From: Leptolyngbyaceae cyanobacterium | Lineage (GTDB): Bacteria > Cyanobacteriota > Cyanobacteriia > Phormidesmidales > Phormidesmidaceae | Direction: 5' to 3' | NCBI GenBank assembly: GCA_965263355.1 | Contig: CBDHHL010000056.1 | Span: forward strand, 1,440,001 to 1,504,000 | Length of the DNA stretch: 64,000 bases | Shown here: one piece after another, positions 60,875-64,000 of the stretch | How positions within the stretch are numbered: the stretch's first letter is position 1 | Layout: the number at the start of each line of letters is the position of its first letter | Translations under genes and position numbers: made by a program | Notes under the pieces: generated by a model | The model's database searches: none | The model's input: only the letters and a program-made list of their open reading frames with translations | What the model was told of the DNA's origin: nothing

Positions 60875-62035
60875 ATGGGACAGACAGCAAAAAATATTGG
60901 CATTATTGGTGGCGGCCAGTTGGCTTGGATGATGGCTCATGGGGCCAAAAAACTGGGTTTGAGCTTGACTATACAAACTCCCAATCAGTCAGATCCCGCT
61001 GTTACTATCGCTGATCACTTGGTCTTGGGGGCAGTAGCTGATACTCAGGCAACCGCAAAACTGGCGACTCAGTGTGATGTCATCAGCTTTGAAAATGAGT
61101 TTATCGATCTCCATGCCCTAAAAATCCTTGAACAGCAAGGTACTCAGTTTTACCCTGAACTACGCTGTTTAGAACCTTTATTGGATAAGTACGATCAGCG
61201 CCTCTACTGCCAGTGTCTGGGGCTGCCATCTCCAAAGTTTGCCACCTTAGATTCAGAGGCTGACTTATCTAAGCTAGAAGCAAGTGTTGCTGCGGTAGGT
61301 TTGCCGTTGGCGCTTAAAACGCGTCGCCATGGCTATGACGGTCAAGGTACCTTTATCTTGAAAGATCTGGATACGGTGCGGATGACTTGGTCACAGTTGG
61401 GATATCAGCCTATTTTGCTAGAGACGTTTGTCTCCTTTGAACAAGAACTAGCGATTATGGCAGCACGCTCCCAAACGGGAGAAATCGCGCTATATCCTGT
61501 GGTCGAATCCCAACAAATCGACCAGGTTTGTCGCCGAGTAATTGCACCTGCTGATATTAGCGACGAAGTCCAGCAACAGGTTGCTCACATAGCCACTACT
61601 CTGCTGACTAGATTGGATGTTGTCGGGATTTTTGGTATCGAATTATTTTTAACCGCTGACAACCAGGTCTTGATCAACGAAATTGCTCCACGTACTCATA
61701 ACTCAGGCCACTATACCCTCGATGCTTGCGTGACATCGCAGTTTGAACAACAGCTGCGGGCAGTCAGTGGATTATCCCTGGGACCAGCTGAACTCAGATG
61801 CTCCCAGGCAGTGATGGTTAATTTGCTTGGCTTTGAAACGGCTACCTCAGACTATGAAGCTAAACGGGAGGCTTTATCAGCACTGCCGAATGTCCATCTC
61901 TATTGGTACGGCAAAACCGAATCTCGTCCAGGAAGAAAACTAGGTCATGTGACAGTGACATGCGATCGCATCCTCAGCCGACATGAACTCAACCAATTAA
62001 TTCAGCAGGTGGAGACTCTTTGGTATGCCGAGTAG
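60875..62035 (+). CDS. purK: N5-CAIR synthase
   Basis: GIIGGGQLAWM, HGYDGQG, NEIAPRTHNSGH, YGK..RPGRKLGHV. Confidence 0.96.
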   Translation: MGQTAKNIGIIGGGQLAWMMAHGAKKLGLSLTIQTPNQSDPAVTIADHLVLGAVADTQATAKLATQCDVISFENEFIDLHALKILEQQGTQFYPELRCLEPLLDKYDQRLYCQCLGLPSPKFATLDSEADLSKLEASVAAVGLPLALKTRRHGYDGQGTFILKDLDTVRMTWSQLGYQPILLETFVSFEQELAIMAARSQTGEIALYPVVESQQIDQVCRRVIAPADISDEVQQQVAHIATTLLTRLDVVGIFGIELFLTADNQVLINEIAPRTHNSGHYTLDACVTSQFEQQLRAVSGLSLGPAELRCSQAVMVNLLGFETATSDYEAKREALSALPNVHLYWYGKTESRPGRKLGHVTVTCDRILSRHELNQLIQQVETLWYAE

Positions 62036-62241
62036 GGGGTTGCCCTTGTCCACGTCCAGGCCTGTAGTTTTGCCGTAGAGGAAACGCTAGGTTTCAACTC
62101 GGATGTGGTTTACCCTAAACCCTCCCTCCCTACATTTTTGAGTTCTATTTGAAATAATGATTGAGGTGGGGGAAATCGCTCAATCATCCCTATCGATCAA
62201 CCCCTGTCGATTTACCAGGACAGTTAGTTATGATGACTCTA

Positions 62242-62424
62242 GTTTCACTACGGCGTTGGTGACTGCCAACAATGTTTCTTGATCTATGCTTTTCACTTAA
62301 GGGCATCGAACAGATCCGCGGTGGCAGTATACCGGGCTTGTACCCGGAAACTTTAAACCGCGACTACGGGCCCACCTGGATTTTCCAGGTCAAAAACTGA
62401 GGTAAGACGGCGTTGCGGTGAAAC
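62242..62424 (+). ncRNA. ssaA: 6S RNA
   Basis: ~183 nt downstream of purK (known cyanobacterial synteny); ends GTTTCACTACGGCGTTG and CGGCGTTGCGGTGAAAC pair with G-U wobbles on + strand; TATGAT -10 at 62229. Confidence 0.88.
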
Positions 62425-62436
62425 TTTTAAGATTTG

Positions 62437-62469
62437 AAAAGCTCTTGGTCTGTAGATCAAGAGCTTTTT
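62437..62469 (+). terminator. Terminator after 6S RNA
   Basis: AAAAGCTCTTGGTC...GATCAAGAGCTTTTT. Confidence 0.75.
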
Positions 62470-62533
62470 GCTGTGAGGGCGCACAATCCGGTAATATTAT
62501 TGATATTGTTAATGGGTACAAATATACTATCCC

Positions 62534-63010
62534 ATGGTTCAATACACGATTCCCCAAAGTCCTGAAGATGTATTGATTACCGTTTCTGGGCGTGATTCGG
62601 CTAAAGCCCGTGAAAAGGCAATGGATCAGCTGCTGGAAATGATGGGCGATGGTAAGCTAACGGCTGATTTAGATGACGGCTTTACCCCAAAGGATTTTAT
62701 TGAAGTGAAAGAACAAAAGACAGAGCCCACGGCTGAGGAAAACGCAATTGTTGATGCAGTCCAGGTTTTGAGTAACTTGGCAAACCTCAAGGTTAAGGTG
62801 CAGGGCTCCCGTAATGAAGCCCTAAAGGTCAGAGAATTGGTCGATCTACTCTTTACAGATGATGTTATCGAAGAAGAGCAGCTAGAGGAGTTAAAGAACG
62901 GCTTTAAGGTGCTCAAAACCTTTGCCCAAAGTAACCTGCGTTACCGTGATGCCCGTGCACAGGCAGAAGAAGCTCGTAAAGTTTTAGACGAGGCGCTGGG
63001 TAATGCTTAA
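62534..63010 (+). CDS. Hypothetical helical protein
   Basis: 158-aa ORF, helical/acidic composition. Confidence 0.7.
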   Translation: MVQYTIPQSPEDVLITVSGRDSAKAREKAMDQLLEMMGDGKLTADLDDGFTPKDFIEVKEQKTEPTAEENAIVDAVQVLSNLANLKVKVQGSRNEALKVRELVDLLFTDDVIEEEQLEELKNGFKVLKTFAQSNLRYRDARAQAEEARKVLDEALGNA

Positions 63011-63567
63011 GGGTAGAGCCGATCTCGATCGTTATCAATAAAGTAAAGTCGCCCATGGCCAGCAATGTGAGATTGTGGCTGGTCGCCCTCTGGGATAGCC
63101 GTAATCCTAAAGATATAGATCCCGTCAAGCCGAGGATTGCGCCGTGGGCGTAAGCCAATAGTTACTAGTCTGCCTGGAGCAACGGGTGGATCAAATTCCA
63201 CTGTGACGGCTTTGGTGTCTTCGTTGATAAAAACATTACCCAAGCCTAATGCGCTTTTCTCCTCTCCAGGTATTTCTGCAAATGCGACGGTTTCCTCTAA
63301 ACGATAGGACGTGAGATGGCGAGTCAGATTTTGTGGCTCAATAACAACTGTCTGCAGTGGCGCATCTGCATTAGTAGGTAGATCGAGGCTAAAGAAATAA
63401 GTGGCATTGCGCCGCATAACGTAGTCTTCTGTGGTGAATGCATCGAGAAATTGAGGCGGTTGTAAAAATGCCGTTGTGCCATTGGCTAATTCAACGGCTT
63501 GGGCGGTAACGGTAAGGGCAGCTACAGTGCCGATTGATAAAGGTAGGCTTAACCATTTGGCTTTCAT
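63007..63567 (-). CDS. DUF2808-like exported protein
   Basis: Signal peptide, GTTAF..PP, FDPPVAPG...RNP..GIYIF. Confidence 0.75.
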   Translation of the reverse strand: MKAKWLSLPLSIGTVAALTVTAQAVELANGTTAFLQPPQFLDAFTTEDYVMRRNATYFFSLDLPTNADAPLQTVVIEPQNLTRHLTSYRLEETVAFAEIPGEEKSALGLGNVFINEDTKAVTVEFDPPVAPGRLVTIGLRPRRNPRLDGIYIFRITAIPEGDQPQSHIAGHGRLYFIDNDRDRLYP

Positions 63568-63704
63568 GACTTAGTGCTCTAATGTGGATACCCCTATTTT
63601 GAAAAATTTTCTTTGAATTGTGGGGATAAGCTGATAGGACCAAGGCTGATAATTTGGGGTGGCAGCCATAATAGGGAATAGTTTGGGGGTTCCATAGGTT
63701 GAGT

Positions 63705-64000
63705 ATGATGATGAATAACGGCCCTGAATTATTAGCGCCTGCTGGGACCTGGGACTGTGCTAAGGCGGCAGTGGAAAATGGGGCCGATGCGATTTATTTT
63801 GGTCTGGATCGGTTTAATGCGCGGATGCGATCGCAAAACTTCACCGAGTCAGATCTCCCTGACTTCATGGCCTTTCTCCATAGCCGTGGCGTCAAGGGGT
63901 ATGTCACATTTAATACCCTGATTTTCCCCAGCGAGTTGGCCGCTGCAGAGCGCTACCTGCGTACCATGATTGCGGCTGGAGTGGATGCCGCTATTGTTCA
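63705..64000 (+). CDS. U32-family peptidase-like protein, runs off window end
   Basis: PELLAPAG.W...AAVENGADAIYFG..FNARMR..NF. Confidence 0.9.
   Translation, partial: MMMNNGPELLAPAGTWDCAKAAVENGADAIYFGLDRFNARMRSQNFTESDLPDFMAFLHSRGVKGYVTFNTLIFPSELAAAERYLRTMIAAGVDAAIV

Noticed and set aside
1..64000. CRISPR array, tRNA or rRNA genes
   Set aside because: No regularly spaced repeat-spacer series or recognisable tRNA/rRNA seen; repeats at 3.5-4.2 kb are coding, and others have only two copies

Overview
Chromosomal window from a cyanobacterium, probably a filamentous Leptolyngbya-like lineage (inference). Evidence: frequent HIP1 GCGATCGC octamers, acsF/ho2/chlR, and purK followed by 6S RNA. The core (~5.5-41.3 kb) is a low-oxygen island. 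It holds modABC, decayed cysK, flavodoxin and cnfR/patB-like relics (a possible nif-cluster scar), and a 2xDUF2231-ctaCDE(ARTO-type)-GMC operon. It also holds xfp-ackA, an acetate-CoA ligase/GNAT fusion, pflB-pflA-adhE-glgX, the O2 sensor chlR, and chlAII divergent from hemF-ho2. A ~46-bp motif made of two ChlR-like boxes recurs, in the same orientation, upstream of the oxidase operon, the xfp-ackA operon and a decayed hpf-like gene. This suggests an expanded ChlR regulon covering fermentation and respiration. At 44-55 kb is a tandem array of sugar-binding-protein + hybrid histidine-kinase pairs with no ABC permeases. It is followed by two paralogous CRP-box/terminator units (candidate sRNAs) and a Tat-exported GH10. 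Many genes are eroded by internal deletions, and IS3/IS1 relics and MITEs are present. All assignments come from reading the sequence by eye; no searches were run.
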